Shown: positions 41,723-52,053 of the stretch, one piece after another
How the letters are laid out: every line of letters begins with the position of its first letter
Numbering within the stretch: the first letter of the stretch is position 1
Source of the DNA: Desulfatiglandales bacterium
GTDB lineage: Bacteria > Desulfobacterota > DSM-4660 > Desulfatiglandales > HGW-15
NCBI GenBank assembly: GCA_963667015.2
Contig: CAXXJJ010000004.1
Coordinates: forward strand, 768,001-832,000
Direction: 5' to 3'
Length of the DNA: 64,000 nucleotides
Position numbers and translations under genes: made by a program
Notes under the pieces: model-generated
Databases searched by the model: none
What the model was told of the DNA's origin: nothing
The model's input: only the letters and a program-made list of their open reading frames with translations

Positions 41723-42079
41723 CTAATCTCCTTTTATAAAGTCTGAAATTAATTGTTTACTGTATTCCTCATACCCGCATCCTTTATTATTACAGCACGA
41801 TGCTCCGCATAGCATATATGTTCGGTACCCTTCCTTATACTTCTCAGAATCTTTGTGCACCATAGACATGTTTAAAGGTTTGTTACACTCTGGACACCTT
41901 TTAGCTACTGATCTGTCTATACTTTCAGCTCCCTTTACAATCCTTCCTTTATGTGTAGGCATACTGTCCTTAAGTGCTTCATGCAGCGATTTTCCATTAC
42001 CTGCAGCCAGTAAAGACATGTTGATAATTTCTTGGATCTGTCCTTTAGTAAAGATCCCATTGAAGGCACTAAACATCAC
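41723..42079 (-). CDS. Cys-rich tail-region protein
   Basis: CPEC and LCGASCCNNKGCGY; overlaps the upstream tail gene. Confidence 0.65.
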   Translation of the reverse strand: MMFSAFNGIFTKGQIQEIINMSLLAAGNGKSLHEALKDSMPTHKGRIVKGAESIDRSVAKRCPECNKPLNMSMVHKDSEKYKEGYRTYMLCGASCCNNKGCGYEEYSKQLISDFIKGD

Positions 42080-44738
42080 ATCCTCCCCAAGTGTAATAAG
42101 AGTATGCTGAACTATTATGCTCTACCGGGGGCTCTGTCAGATCACAAGGGATACATCCATCACATCCTTCCGGTCCTGATGCCAGGCTTTTAATTGAGCA
42201 CGGCCATGCATGTTCATAACATACTTCACTGAGCACCCATCTCTTTGTTCCTTGTATAATCTCTGTCTCAGATGTACATGTTGAGGTGTCACAATCTCCA
42301 GCTTCAAAACCCTGACATGTCCCACAACATGCTCTACATGCTCCCTGCGAAATCCACTGTCCCCCTGTATTTCTTAACTCTCCAGTTATACTCTTCCCGC
42401 AGTCATCTGTTACCGTAATGGATACACTCGCATCAAAATCAGTTCCACAGACTCCGCTAACGCAAGAAACCTGGTTAACTCTGCTTGCAGTCTCTTCTAT
42501 AAAAATATTATAACCAATACCGCTAACCGACCATGTAAATGGAGCGCGTCCACCGGTTACAAACACCTGAACAGATTCACCCGCGACAATCGTTTCAGGG
42601 CTATTTTCCGTATCCCACTCCATTCCTTCTTCACATTCACACTGCCCCTGGCAATGCTCCAGCGCCTCCGCTTTTAATTCTGCATATTTCTCCCAGTACT
42701 CTGCGCTGTTTTGTTCACATGAACATTGTTCAAGTGCCAGTTGTGATATCTTTTTACCGCTGCCCCCACCATATCCTTGAGTGGTTCCGTATATGTCAAA
42801 CTCCTCATTGCACAGCAGTTCGCAGTCACAGTCGTGCTCCAGCGCGGTGGAAAAACGGGCTCCCGTCGTTCCCTTATCAGGCACACACCAGTTAAAATCA
42901 TCTACAGAATCTTCATTATTCTGGTCGTATTCTTCGTCTTCGTCTTTATCATCGTAATATCCGCCGTCTCCGCCATCATCCCAGTCCGGAGGATAATCTT
43001 CTATAGGGCTGGTACTGTCTGTCACTGTTATTTCAACCGAATCAGACACACCTTCCTCTCTGCTGCTTAAAATACTGGCCTTTATTAAAGCGGTCCCGAC
43101 GCTTGACCCTGTAAACCGATTGAGTACCGCGCCCTGTGCCGTGTAATTTACATGCAGATCAATCCCGGATTCCACACTGGCGTTCAGCGTTACAAGCTTC
43201 CCGTCATGAGAGGAGTACAAATTAGATCCATAGCTCACCCCCTCTTCATTAACCTTGTAAACACTCGTAACACTGGCCGGAAACATTGAAAGCTCGCATT
43301 GCGTGAATCCACTGATTTCGTTTATTGCGACCGTCTCCTCATTTTTAATCTTAACAGTTCCAAGCCTGGCAGTACTCCATCTCAGTGTTCCTCGATGAAC
43401 CCTGCTGATTTGTGACACATAAACCACACGCCCTACAGTCACCGGACCGGACTCCTCAACATACACAATAATCTGTGACTGACCTGTTATCACAACAGAC
43501 GTAGGCGCTGCAGTGAGTTTTATGGTAGGCGGGCACTGGCACGGGTTGCCGATATATACAATTCCGCTGTCCTGCTGGCCTTCCAGGTCTGCCATTACTG
43601 TCACATCCTCGGCCACAAAACCGGATGTAATGTAATTAACAGCCATGCCCTCAGCATAATATGAGACAATAACCGTCTGGTCGCAGTAATCCAGCTTGTC
43701 TGTCAAAGTGACAGTGTTTCCGTCAATGGTGTAGCCGCCTGCGGCAAAATTCTTCGCCCTGGCAGTGTCCGCCAGCGCCCATACGCCGACAATAGAACTG
43801 GGCGGAATATCAACCTTTAAGGTATAAAAATTAGATGCTTTCTGCTGTTCGTTCTGGATCAGGATCTGCTGAGTATTGGTTTTTTCGTAGTCAAGTGTAG
43901 CGGAGGCTGCATCATGATCCCAAGTAACAACCAGCCCGTTAACCGCGTCGCCTTCCGGATCTGTTATCCTTGTATATAATTTCTGCTTTGATGAAGCATC
44001 CGCCTGGAGGCATTTGTTCGGAATAAAAAGATTAACCGAATAACTGCCCAGTGATCCGATCGGCGTAATTCTCAATCTGTTTGCAAATTCAGGCCACTCA
44101 GATGACTCCTCAACCGATTTAATTTCAGCGTCAGTGATAGTGATGTCTTCCGAAGAAGGAGAGTATTTTATTTTTTTAATACATAAATGATCCAGCCTGT
44201 CCGTAGTTACAAAACCTGTCGGATGCTCTGCCAGGTTCAATAATTCGGTGATTACTTCTATAGGGAAAAGATTTTCAACTTCAAATGTGTACGGATAAAT
44301 GACAAAATCATCAACTTCACAGTATGCAGAGTTCCATGTAAAACCTGCCAGGTCGCACACCTCATCACATATGGCATAAAATGTCGTCTGCTCCGTCCAC
44401 ACTTTTGTCACTTTTGGTGCAAAAGGTTCGGAAAGCATGGCAGTCAGGGATCTTCCCCACACTCCCTGCATAAGTTCACTGTTGATATCAATGATGAATT
44501 TAGGCCGCTCAAAATAAAACTGGCCCTGAAGCTCCCAGTTGGAGCCTGTCCTGGTGTATACAGTTATCTCCGGAGTCTCCGGGATCTGCGAGAAGTCGAA
44601 ACTGTCGGACAGGCTTTTATCAATGATATTCAGCGTTAATTCTTTGCAGAACATATCTTTACTGCGGGCAATATTAAACCAGTTCGCCTTGCCAGATATA
44701 TCAACGCTGTTTAATTCTATTTTCCATCCGTATGGCAT
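42069..44738 (-). CDS. Large tail tip/baseplate-hub protein with Ig-like middle and Cys-rich C-terminus
   Basis: Second gene after the tape measure; hub-like N-terminus; acidic linker; 24 Cys in the last ~275 aa. Confidence 0.7.
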   Translation of the reverse strand: MPYGWKIELNSVDISGKANWFNIARSKDMFCKELTLNIIDKSLSDSFDFSQIPETPEITVYTRTGSNWELQGQFYFERPKFIIDINSELMQGVWGRSLTAMLSEPFAPKVTKVWTEQTTFYAICDEVCDLAGFTWNSAYCEVDDFVIYPYTFEVENLFPIEVITELLNLAEHPTGFVTTDRLDHLCIKKIKYSPSSEDITITDAEIKSVEESSEWPEFANRLRITPIGSLGSYSVNLFIPNKCLQADASSKQKLYTRITDPEGDAVNGLVVTWDHDAASATLDYEKTNTQQILIQNEQQKASNFYTLKVDIPPSSIVGVWALADTARAKNFAAGGYTIDGNTVTLTDKLDYCDQTVIVSYYAEGMAVNYITSGFVAEDVTVMADLEGQQDSGIVYIGNPCQCPPTIKLTAAPTSVVITGQSQIIVYVEESGPVTVGRVVYVSQISRVHRGTLRWSTARLGTVKIKNEETVAINEISGFTQCELSMFPASVTSVYKVNEEGVSYGSNLYSSHDGKLVTLNASVESGIDLHVNYTAQGAVLNRFTGSSVGTALIKASILSSREEGVSDSVEITVTDSTSPIEDYPPDWDDGGDGGYYDDKDEDEEYDQNNEDSVDDFNWCVPDKGTTGARFSTALEHDCDCELLCNEEFDIYGTTQGYGGGSGKKISQLALEQCSCEQNSAEYWEKYAELKAEALEHCQGQCECEEGMEWDTENSPETIVAGESVQVFVTGGRAPFTWSVSGIGYNIFIEETASRVNQVSCVSGVCGTDFDASVSITVTDDCGKSITGELRNTGGQWISQGACRACCGTCQGFEAGDCDTSTCTSETEIIQGTKRWVLSEVCYEHAWPCSIKSLASGPEGCDGCIPCDLTEPPVEHNSSAYSYYTWGGCDV

Positions 44739-44750
44739 AAAATCCTTTTT

Positions 44751-44830
44751 GCCACCAAGACACTAAGTCACTAAGAAAAACGTTTTTATTTTATAAACAA
44801 AGAATCTTTGTGTCTTCGTGCCTTTGTGGC
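44751..44830. repeat. Inverted nonamer-type intergenic repeat
   Basis: gccaccaagacactaagtcactaag ... ctttgtgtcttcgtgcctttgtggc. Confidence 0.7.
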
Positions 44831-45285
44831 TATATTGTTTTTTCAATTACAATAAGATTAATCTCATAGCTGTAAACATCCTGGCCGTGCTGCTCCCAGA
44901 ACAGGTTTTTCCGGTATTTTAATCCGTTAGGCCTCACAAACTGCACCTTCCACGCCCTGAAACCGTCTGTGAAATAATACTGCCCGTCAACTACATCATG
45001 AATCGCTTTAATGGCGGCAATATTAGTTGCAGAGATATTGGCATCGGTCTCCGAAAAAGAGATTCTGCCGTCACTTACAACAACTCCAAAATCCTGAATC
45101 ACATTTCCGCCCAGGGTAGGTATCACGCTGCCCCTGCCGGTATTTCCGGCATCAAAATCATAATTTCCAAAGATAGGCGGCTGATCCAGCTTGACTAGGG
45201 TCGCAGGGGCAGGGTCAAGTGCTGCCGGTGTTAAAGACGCGCCCCGCTCGGTTGAATAAAAATAAAAATCCTTCTGTGTTACCAC
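44830..45285 (-). CDS. Distal tail-like protein
   Basis: Directly after the tape measure; GSVIPTLGGNVIQDFG. Confidence 0.6.
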   Translation of the reverse strand: MVTQKDFYFYSTERGASLTPAALDPAPATLVKLDQPPIFGNYDFDAGNTGRGSVIPTLGGNVIQDFGVVVSDGRISFSETDANISATNIAAIKAIHDVVDGQYYFTDGFRAWKVQFVRPNGLKYRKNLFWEQHGQDVYSYEINLIVIEKTI

Positions 45286-45294
45286 GTTTTCTCC

Positions 45295-45384
45295 GTAGGG
45301 TCGGGTTTTATACCCGACCGGGCACGGTGCGCCGTGCCCCTACAGTTTTTCCTAACATCCTTCAGCCTAAACTGCTTCAGCCTA
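45295..45384. repeat. Paired GTAG-type REPs plus CAGCCT heptamer repeat
   Basis: GTAGGGTCGGGTTTTATACCCGACC and GGGCACGGTGCGCCGTGCCCCTAC, then ccttcagcctaaactgcttcagccta. Confidence 0.8.
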
Positions 45385-48353
45385 TTTCCTACTCAGCCCC
45401 ATCCTGATCAGCTCCTTTTCAAGCCCTTTCACCATTCCTCGCGTGGTCGACCTGTTTCCCTGGACAGTGAGTGGCATGTCGACATTTCCCGCCTGCAGGC
45501 GGAGTGTAAAAGTCTCATTCGATCCTCTCAGGCCAGGCGCGATTCCGCCGCCTGCAAATGCCATCCTGGGAGATGACACTTCCGGAAGGGAAATATTAAC
45601 GAGCTTCTTTTTAAGCAGGGCGCTCAACATTCCGACCCAGTCCCTGTTATTGTGGGCATAGAACAGCTCCTTACCTCCGGCCCTTACTGCTTCCTTGTTT
45701 AAAACACCTTCCCCGGCCTCCAGGATAGCCCGTATTTTGTCGCCGCCGCCATATCCCGGGAGAAGCCTTCCGGTTGCAGCTTTGATCACACTGGCTGTTG
45801 TTCCAAGCAGTGAGCCTGCTATGCCTCCCAGTCTGTGAGCTTCCTGCTTATGATATCTCTCGTAAATATCGACATATTTCTTAGCAGGGGCCTCTACCCA
45901 GTTTTTTAACGCAGCCTTGGCCTCTTCCAGCCCCTTCAGCGTGATATTTACCTTAGCCTCGCGCTGTTTTGCGATTTCATCCAGCTGGGCCTTTATCCCG
46001 TCTGCAGTGGCCTGCCATTCATCATGGGCCTTTTGTGCAGCATCCTTCTGAGCTGTATATAACTGATTAACAAAATCACCGACGGCCTGTACTCCATTAA
46101 TAGCAACCTGTTTTGTATCCTGCAGGGACTGCACAACAACATCGTTGCCGTCTTTGGATCCTTTAACCTCTGTGGCCAGGTCGGCATACAGGCCCTCAGC
46201 ATCCCTGGCGAGCTGTTCAGCCAGTTTATAATCCTTTTCAGCAAGGGCCTGTTTTGCGGCATACAGTTTTTCCTCGGCTTCCCGCCTCTTATCTGCCCAG
46301 ACTTCAGCTTCATCAAGTCCCTTGCGGCCAAGTTCCCGGATCTTGTCTTCAGAGGAGAGGCGGGCATATTTGATCTTTTCTTCAAACTCGATAACCGTTT
46401 CAGCATAATCCGCAGCCTTCTTTGTTGCCTCTTCATATGATTTCTTTGCCTGTTTCTCGAACTCATCGAGCTGCTCTTTAGTGGCCTTCACAGCCTCAGC
46501 CGGTTTCTGTATTTCCTCTGCAGCGTCGGATGCCGACTCACTTACCTTTTTAAAATCTTCCTGGATTTCTTTTAGTCGGGCATTGACCTTTTCCAGGGTC
46601 TTGCTGTCTCCCTGTTCTTCAAGTTTTGCTTTGAGGGCGGTATAATATGCCCGGGCTTTTGCCAGTTTTTTCTAAGTTCTTCCAGATCTTCCTGGGCAAG
46701 ATCCGTGATATCATCGGGAAGTTTTACACCTTTAAACTCTCCATATTTCCTCATCAAATCATCAGAATTTTTAATCAGGTTTTGATGGGCTTTTTCCTGT
46801 ACCTCTGCCGCCTTTTTCCACTCAAGGGCTGCTTTGACTGCCTCTTTAACTTGATAGCCAGCCCATATGGCTAGACCTATTACACTTGCTGCCGTTACGG
46901 CATTTAATGCTTTAAACTGGGCAGCCAATCCGCCGACAGCAGCCTGTGCAACATGCGCCTGTACTGCCAGCCCGACAAGTCCGGAAAATGCATGTTTCAA
47001 TCCAAGGTTCCAGATTGCCGTAGCCACCCCTGCAGCAGTAATGGTCCCTACCAGGATTTTAGTAACCGGGTCGGCTTCCTTAAAGCCTTCAACCAGCCAC
47101 CTTATAGCCTTTGCAGCCGGAAGCAGACCAATTGCCACCATCTTGCCGGCAGATATGGTCATGTCATCAATAGTGTTCCAGAAAAGTTTCATCTGGTTTT
47201 CCGGCGTGTCCGCCATCTTGTCGTATGCTTCCTGTGTGGCGCCGCCTGCGTTCTCCATCTCACCCATAATGTCAACGAGTTTGTCAAAGTTCTGGGTCAA
47301 AGCGAGAACACCGGTTCGGGCTTCCACATCCGGGATCAGCAGCCTCATCTGGTCAATGGAAAGACCTTTTTTGCGGATTTCATCAAGGGTAGGGATGAGC
47401 CCTTTCCAGGTAATATTAAGTTCGTCAAATTTCTTTTTTGCTTCCGGAGCAGGGGCAGCCAGGGCATTGATTGCCCCCTTCAGGGCGGTTGTTGCCTGAG
47501 GAGTGCGGATACCCGCCTTTGTGAGTGCGGCTATGCTCGCAGAAACAGCCTTAATGCCGACGTCTGCGGCCTTGGCAGTGGGCAGTACTTCACCCAGGCT
47601 GGACGCCAGTTGAGGGAATGTGGTAACGCCCTGTTTTACTGTCTGGAAAAGAATATCATAAACGTTATTCAGCTCGCCTATTTCTTTACCGTAAGCGTTG
47701 ATAACCGCTATGCCCACATTCGCAGCGGTCTTGGTATCCGTAACACCGGCAACAGCAGCCTTTGCAGATTTTTCAAGTACTCCTGTGGATTTCTCCAGGG
47801 CAACACCGGCAGAAATGATGTCATATTCCGCAGCGGCCAGCTCCGATGCTGTTTGAGGGATATCCTCTGTCAGGCTCCGGATCTCTTTTCCCAGGGATGC
47901 GAATTTCTCATGGCTCACATCGATAAGGGTATTAACCTCTCCCATGCGCTGGCTGAATTGAGAGTACTCCTGGAAGGATTTAACAAACAGATAACCCGCA
48001 GCGGCCAGCCCGGCAACCCCGGCCTTTGCCTTGCCCAATTCCCCTGCCCAGTCGCCGGTTTCTTTCCGGAGTTCCGCTGTCTTTTTCTGCAGTCTGAGCT
48101 TAGCCTGGTAAAGATCTGCAGCGGACGTAGTACCGCTCCTTTTGAGCCGGTTATATGCCGCTTGAAGCCGCTGTATATCCCGCTGAATCTCGGCATATGG
48201 CTTTACTCCGAGAAGAGTTCTGGCCGCCAGTATCCTATTGACCTTTTGAGCTGTAGCCCCTGTCTTATCCATTTCGCCACGGGCTTTGGCCAGTTCACCG
48301 GCAGTCTTGTTTTCCGCTTCAACGGTTATTTTGATTTTGTTCTTATCTGCCAT
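45382..48353 (-). CDS. Tape measure protein (TP901-type core), split by a -1 frameshift at 46665-46671
   Basis: TASELAAAEYDIISAG..TVKQGVTTFPQLA..ATTALKG core; the -1 frame after AGA AAA AAC runs KLAKARAYY... straight into ORF 45382..46491. Confidence 0.88.
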
Positions 48354-48431
48354 TCAAATAATAGCCTTTTAGACCGTAGGCTGTAGGCTTTTAGTTTTTA
48401 CTAATAGTCTTCAGCCTAAAATGCTTCAGCC

Positions 48432-48897
48432 TATTTATTTTCTTCCGGAGGCTTCATCCACTCATTAGCCTCTTCAATCGATGTCAAAAAGAAACTCATT
48501 CCATAATTCCAGGGCTCCTTGTGGCCCAGCATGACTAATCTTGCGCAGGTTCTTTCGAACTGTTTTCTCGAAGCTTTTGCATCAATTCTGGATTTTTCAG
48601 AACTTCCATTCCGAAGGTTGCCAGCTTCTTTATTCTGCTGGCTGTAGTAGGGTTTGCCTTTTCAACCTTATCAATCAGTTTCTCAATATCGGATGGATAC
48701 ATTGCAAGCAGGTCCTCTTCGGTCAGTCCGGTGCACATCTTTGTTAACGAGGCCGGAATCCTCTCCGGAAACAATTCATCAATGAATGAATTCTCGAACG
48801 TACCTATGTTTTCTATGTAATTCTGTGATTCCAGGCCTGAGATTTCATTGATTTCAATTTTCTTACCATCGATTGTAATTTCATCCGCTCTTCGCAT
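48432..48897 (-). CDS. Tail assembly chaperone (48535..48897) with -1 frame extension to 48432 (G/GT-like)
   Basis: Between tail tube and tape measure; the -1 frame FERTCARLVMLGHKEPWNYGMSFF is open across the stop. Confidence 0.7.
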
Positions 48898-48963
48898 TTT
48901 CTACTCTCTTCTAAAAAGGGCACGTTCACCGTGCCCCTGCGTTTTTACCTAACAGCCTTCAGC

Positions 48964-49950
48964 CTATCCTATAATCTCCGTCTTGTAATATTCCTGGCCG
49001 GATGGCTGTGTAGCATCCCAGAGTACAGTAGATGTTACCTGCAGTATTGATGCGCCATCTCCTCCGATAATTGGGAAGTCTCCATTTAAGACAAAACTCA
49101 CTTTATGGAATGTCCATCTGGTTCGTGGACCCAGATCATTTTTATCTGTTACAACGATTATTTTTCTTGTAATAATCCCTGCACTCCCACCCCACATGTA
49201 TTTTCTATTTACCGCAGGGTAGTCGTAGCTGAGCAGGTCTGTATCAATGATAGCCCCAGTGCTAAGTTTTCGGATCAGCCCATAATCGACATCGAGAGTA
49301 TAATCTATTCCCTGGGTTCGCCTTTCGGTTCCTGCAGCATTGGTAATAATGACATCCGCCATTACCTCAATGCCTGTCGGGACAATATGATTTGTATCAA
49401 GGGTCTCATATACCTGTTGACCTGCCACAAAGGTTCCGACAACATTAACCAGCTCAATATAATTGGACCCTACAAAGGCAATTTTCCCTGTTGCCCCGCT
49501 TAAGGATTGAGTGACATTGTCATCAACTTCAAGGCTCCCGGTAATTACTCCGGAAAGCTTGGTTATTTTGAGATCAAGCCTGCCTAGGTCAATGTAAAGA
49601 TCATTGACCAGGTCGACATCTGCTGCAGCTCCTATCTCATCCTGGAATACATATGAAGCCGCCTGGTTGTCAGTATTGATCCCGGATGCCAGCAGAGCAT
49701 TTTTCAGGTTTTCATTTGTCCATTCCCTCATTCCATAGGTAAGTGAAGGAACAAGCTCTGAAGCTGCCTCCAGTATTACGGCTTTTGACGCATTCCTGGT
49801 GCTGTTGATTTTTTCGGTTGGCTGACTTACTCCAAAGCTGAGTCCTTCCAGCTCTCCTGTGTCATCATATGATGAACCTCCAACGGCACCATAATAGGCT
49901 CTGCCGGTCCCTTTAAATCGAATATTATCCGCACTTGATGCTAATCCCAT
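48964..49950 (-). CDS. Major tail tube protein
   Basis: GTGRAYY..DTGELEGLSF, GIDYTLDVDYGLI, RWTFHKVSF; position. Confidence 0.8.
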   Translation of the reverse strand: MGLASSADNIRFKGTGRAYYGAVGGSSYDDTGELEGLSFGVSQPTEKINSTRNASKAVILEAASELVPSLTYGMREWTNENLKNALLASGINTDNQAASYVFQDEIGAAADVDLVNDLYIDLGRLDLKITKLSGVITGSLEVDDNVTQSLSGATGKIAFVGSNYIELVNVVGTFVAGQQVYETLDTNHIVPTGIEVMADVIITNAAGTERRTQGIDYTLDVDYGLIRKLSTGAIIDTDLLSYDYPAVNRKYMWGGSAGIITRKIIVVTDKNDLGPRTRWTFHKVSFVLNGDFPIIGGDGASILQVTSTVLWDATQPSGQEYYKTEIIG

Positions 49951-50021
49951 TTTTTAATCCTCCCTGCCCGCCTGTAGGGGCACGGTGCCCGTGCCCTGTT
50001 TTTTAAGAGGTAGGCCTGCTT

Positions 50022-50441
50022 TTAAGTTAACGTAAAATATTTAGGTACAACAGGCACCAATACTGTTAACAAATAAACAGCAGGGCCACTGTCCGCCTTA
50101 AACTCCTGTATTCCTGGTGCATCCAGCACAATAAATTGCCCATGCCCCTTCCCTGGCAGCTTGTACTCGGATAATGAATTAAACGCGGCATCAACCAGGT
50201 CATACAATGGACCGTCAATACTGTTGCCGTCTTCATCTTTTTCAAGAACGGTTTCTATCTGGACAGCTATTCGCGAGGGAATTTCCGTCAGGGGTTCATT
50301 ATTAATGTTCTCTTTACCCCCATGGTACCAGACCCTGCATAATGGATAAGACGGCTTATCACTGGATAGACCGCATAATGTTGAAAAAACGCCCGTGTCT
50401 GCGAGCCTGTCTTTAACTGCTGTTACTATTTCGGATCTCAT
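50022..50441 (-). CDS. Tail terminator-like protein
   Basis: Start at MRSEIVTAVKDRL; YDLVDAAFNSLSEYKLPG; position. Confidence 0.6.
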   Translation of the reverse strand: MRSEIVTAVKDRLADTGVFSTLCGLSSDKPSYPLCRVWYHGGKENINNEPLTEIPSRIAVQIETVLEKDEDGNSIDGPLYDLVDAAFNSLSEYKLPGKGHGQFIVLDAPGIQEFKADSGPAVYLLTVLVPVVPKYFTLT

Positions 50442-50533
50442 ATATGCTTCCTTCGGTCGCGCATGGAGCAAAGCGCATAGGGTTTTTAGTTTTTACTAAC
50501 AGCCTTTAGCCTAAACAGCTTCAGCCTGCCTTT

Positions 50534-50836
50534 CTACGTTTCCTCAAGAAATAAAATAACACCGTCTGGACTGTCAGGAAGCATTGACAGAATACGAAAG
50601 GCACGACCCGAAATCGTAATAATATGCCCGTTGTTACCTGTGACTATGGTCGTTGCAAGGGCATCAACCGCCGATTTTAAAGCTGTGGCATATGGCCCGG
50701 TATGATCAATCATGTCACCGGATAAAACGGTTTCTCCGTCCAGGTCGTCCAGTACCCGAAGTGTTTCACCGTTTACCGTCGCATCAACCCCGAAGTCTGC
50801 AAGGGCCAGCTTAAGAATTTCGCTTCCGTCAATCAT
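50534..50836 (-). CDS. Head-tail joining protein (FII-like)
   Basis: DFGVDATV..ITISGRAFRI..PD..GVILFL; follows the capsid gene. Confidence 0.65.
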   Translation of the reverse strand: MIDGSEILKLALADFGVDATVNGETLRVLDDLDGETVLSGDMIDHTGPYATALKSAVDALATTIVTGNNGHIITISGRAFRILSMLPDSPDGVILFLEET

Positions 50837-50916
50837 TTATGCTGCACTCCTTTTAGTCGCGCATAGCGTATAAGGTTTTTAACGCTATGCTCTCTGTGCT
50901 ATGCGCTAACACCCCC

Positions 50917-51933
50917 TTACGCTGTAAGCTTAACCAGCATGCCCGGTCTGTAACACATTGGCAGCGGGTTGCTCTGGGAGTGGATATCCATGCCCCTGTT
51001 AAACTTTCTGGGTTCCATCTTTGTATAAATCTGTTTACCGATGGTACCGGCCGTTTCCAGAAAATCCGCAGGGGCGCAAAGGGTATCAAAAACATTCATG
51101 GTGCCTATCGGAAAGGCATGCGCCTCACCATCTGCGATGAATTTTCTTATATTGCCTTTTACATCCGGGGCCTGACCTACATATTCTTCAAAGGTCAACC
51201 CGCCAAATTTAAAGCCTTTACGCGGATCCCCCCCTAACCTGTCCGCGGCTTCCTGATAACCTTCGTAAGCCGCCTTTACATTTTCATGTTCAATGAAGGC
51301 ATCAAAAAAGCTGGCAGAGCAAAGAACATAAACACTGGTAAACATAGCGCCAAAGGCGTTCTGTTCTATATAGCGGGAAACATCCAGGCATTTGGTGCGT
51401 ACAGTGGTATCCGGATCGTCAAGAGCAAAATCTATAACCTTCTGAGTAATTTCAAACTCGTCGTACAGGTTGTATAATACGGACCCGTCCGCATCCAGGA
51501 TGATCCCCTTTAACGCGCCCATTCTTAAATGCTCCAGGGTGATGTCGTGTTTATTTCTCAGAGTCTGCTGTTTATCATTTACGATCTGGGCCAGAGCCAT
51601 CATTTCCGTTTCAGAACCAAAAGCCCTGATGCCGTCGTATTCACTTGGCAAAATGACATCATCATGCGGGATATGAGGGACATTAAAGTTCCGCACCTTC
51701 CTTTTCCCGCTCTGCCCAACTGTGCCGGGAGAGCCAACAGGCTGAGTCGGTAAAAGGTTTAAAACTCCGTTTCTTTCTTCAACGATTATCACACGTGTCC
51801 TTACACCCTTTATGGGCATAAGGTTCATAGCCTGTATCTTGCCGTATTGATTCGGCAGGATATTAATGGCATTGGTGAGAGACACCATGTTAAAAGCATC
51901 ATTATTTAAAAAAGGATTTATCATTTCAGGCAT
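50917..51933 (-). CDS. Major capsid protein (lambda E family)
   Basis: FNMVSLTNAIN, PHIPHDDVILP, TLEHLRMGALKG, HSQSNPLPMCYRP. Confidence 0.92.
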   Translation of the reverse strand: MPEMINPFLNNDAFNMVSLTNAINILPNQYGKIQAMNLMPIKGVRTRVIIVEERNGVLNLLPTQPVGSPGTVGQSGKRKVRNFNVPHIPHDDVILPSEYDGIRAFGSETEMMALAQIVNDKQQTLRNKHDITLEHLRMGALKGIILDADGSVLYNLYDEFEITQKVIDFALDDPDTTVRTKCLDVSRYIEQNAFGAMFTSVYVLCSASFFDAFIEHENVKAAYEGYQEAADRLGGDPRKGFKFGGLTFEEYVGQAPDVKGNIRKFIADGEAHAFPIGTMNVFDTLCAPADFLETAGTIGKQIYTKMEPRKFNRGMDIHSQSNPLPMCYRPGMLVKLTA

Positions 51934-51979
51934 TTTATGCTCCTCCCTGCCGGAGATCCGGCATTTGTGTTATTTGTCA

Positions 51980-52045
51980 GTAGGGGCGAATAATCATTCG
52001 CCCGATTTTTTTATCCGTAAACCGCAAACCATAAACCGCGCACCG
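51980..52045. repeat. GTAG REP plus heptamer tandem repeat
   Basis: GTAGGGGCGAATAATCATTCGCC (identical copy at 52984-53006), then ccgtaaa ccgcaaa ccataaa ccg. Confidence 0.85.
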
Positions 52046-52053
52046 TGGTTTTA

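Noticed and set aside
37682..44738. Possible diversity-generating retroelement acting on tail genes
   Set aside because: No reverse transcriptase and no TR/VR pair with adenine-specific mismatches seen.
46953..48386. 477-aa plus-strand ORF
   Set aside because: Antisense shadow of the tape measure gene; no recognisable motifs or RBS.
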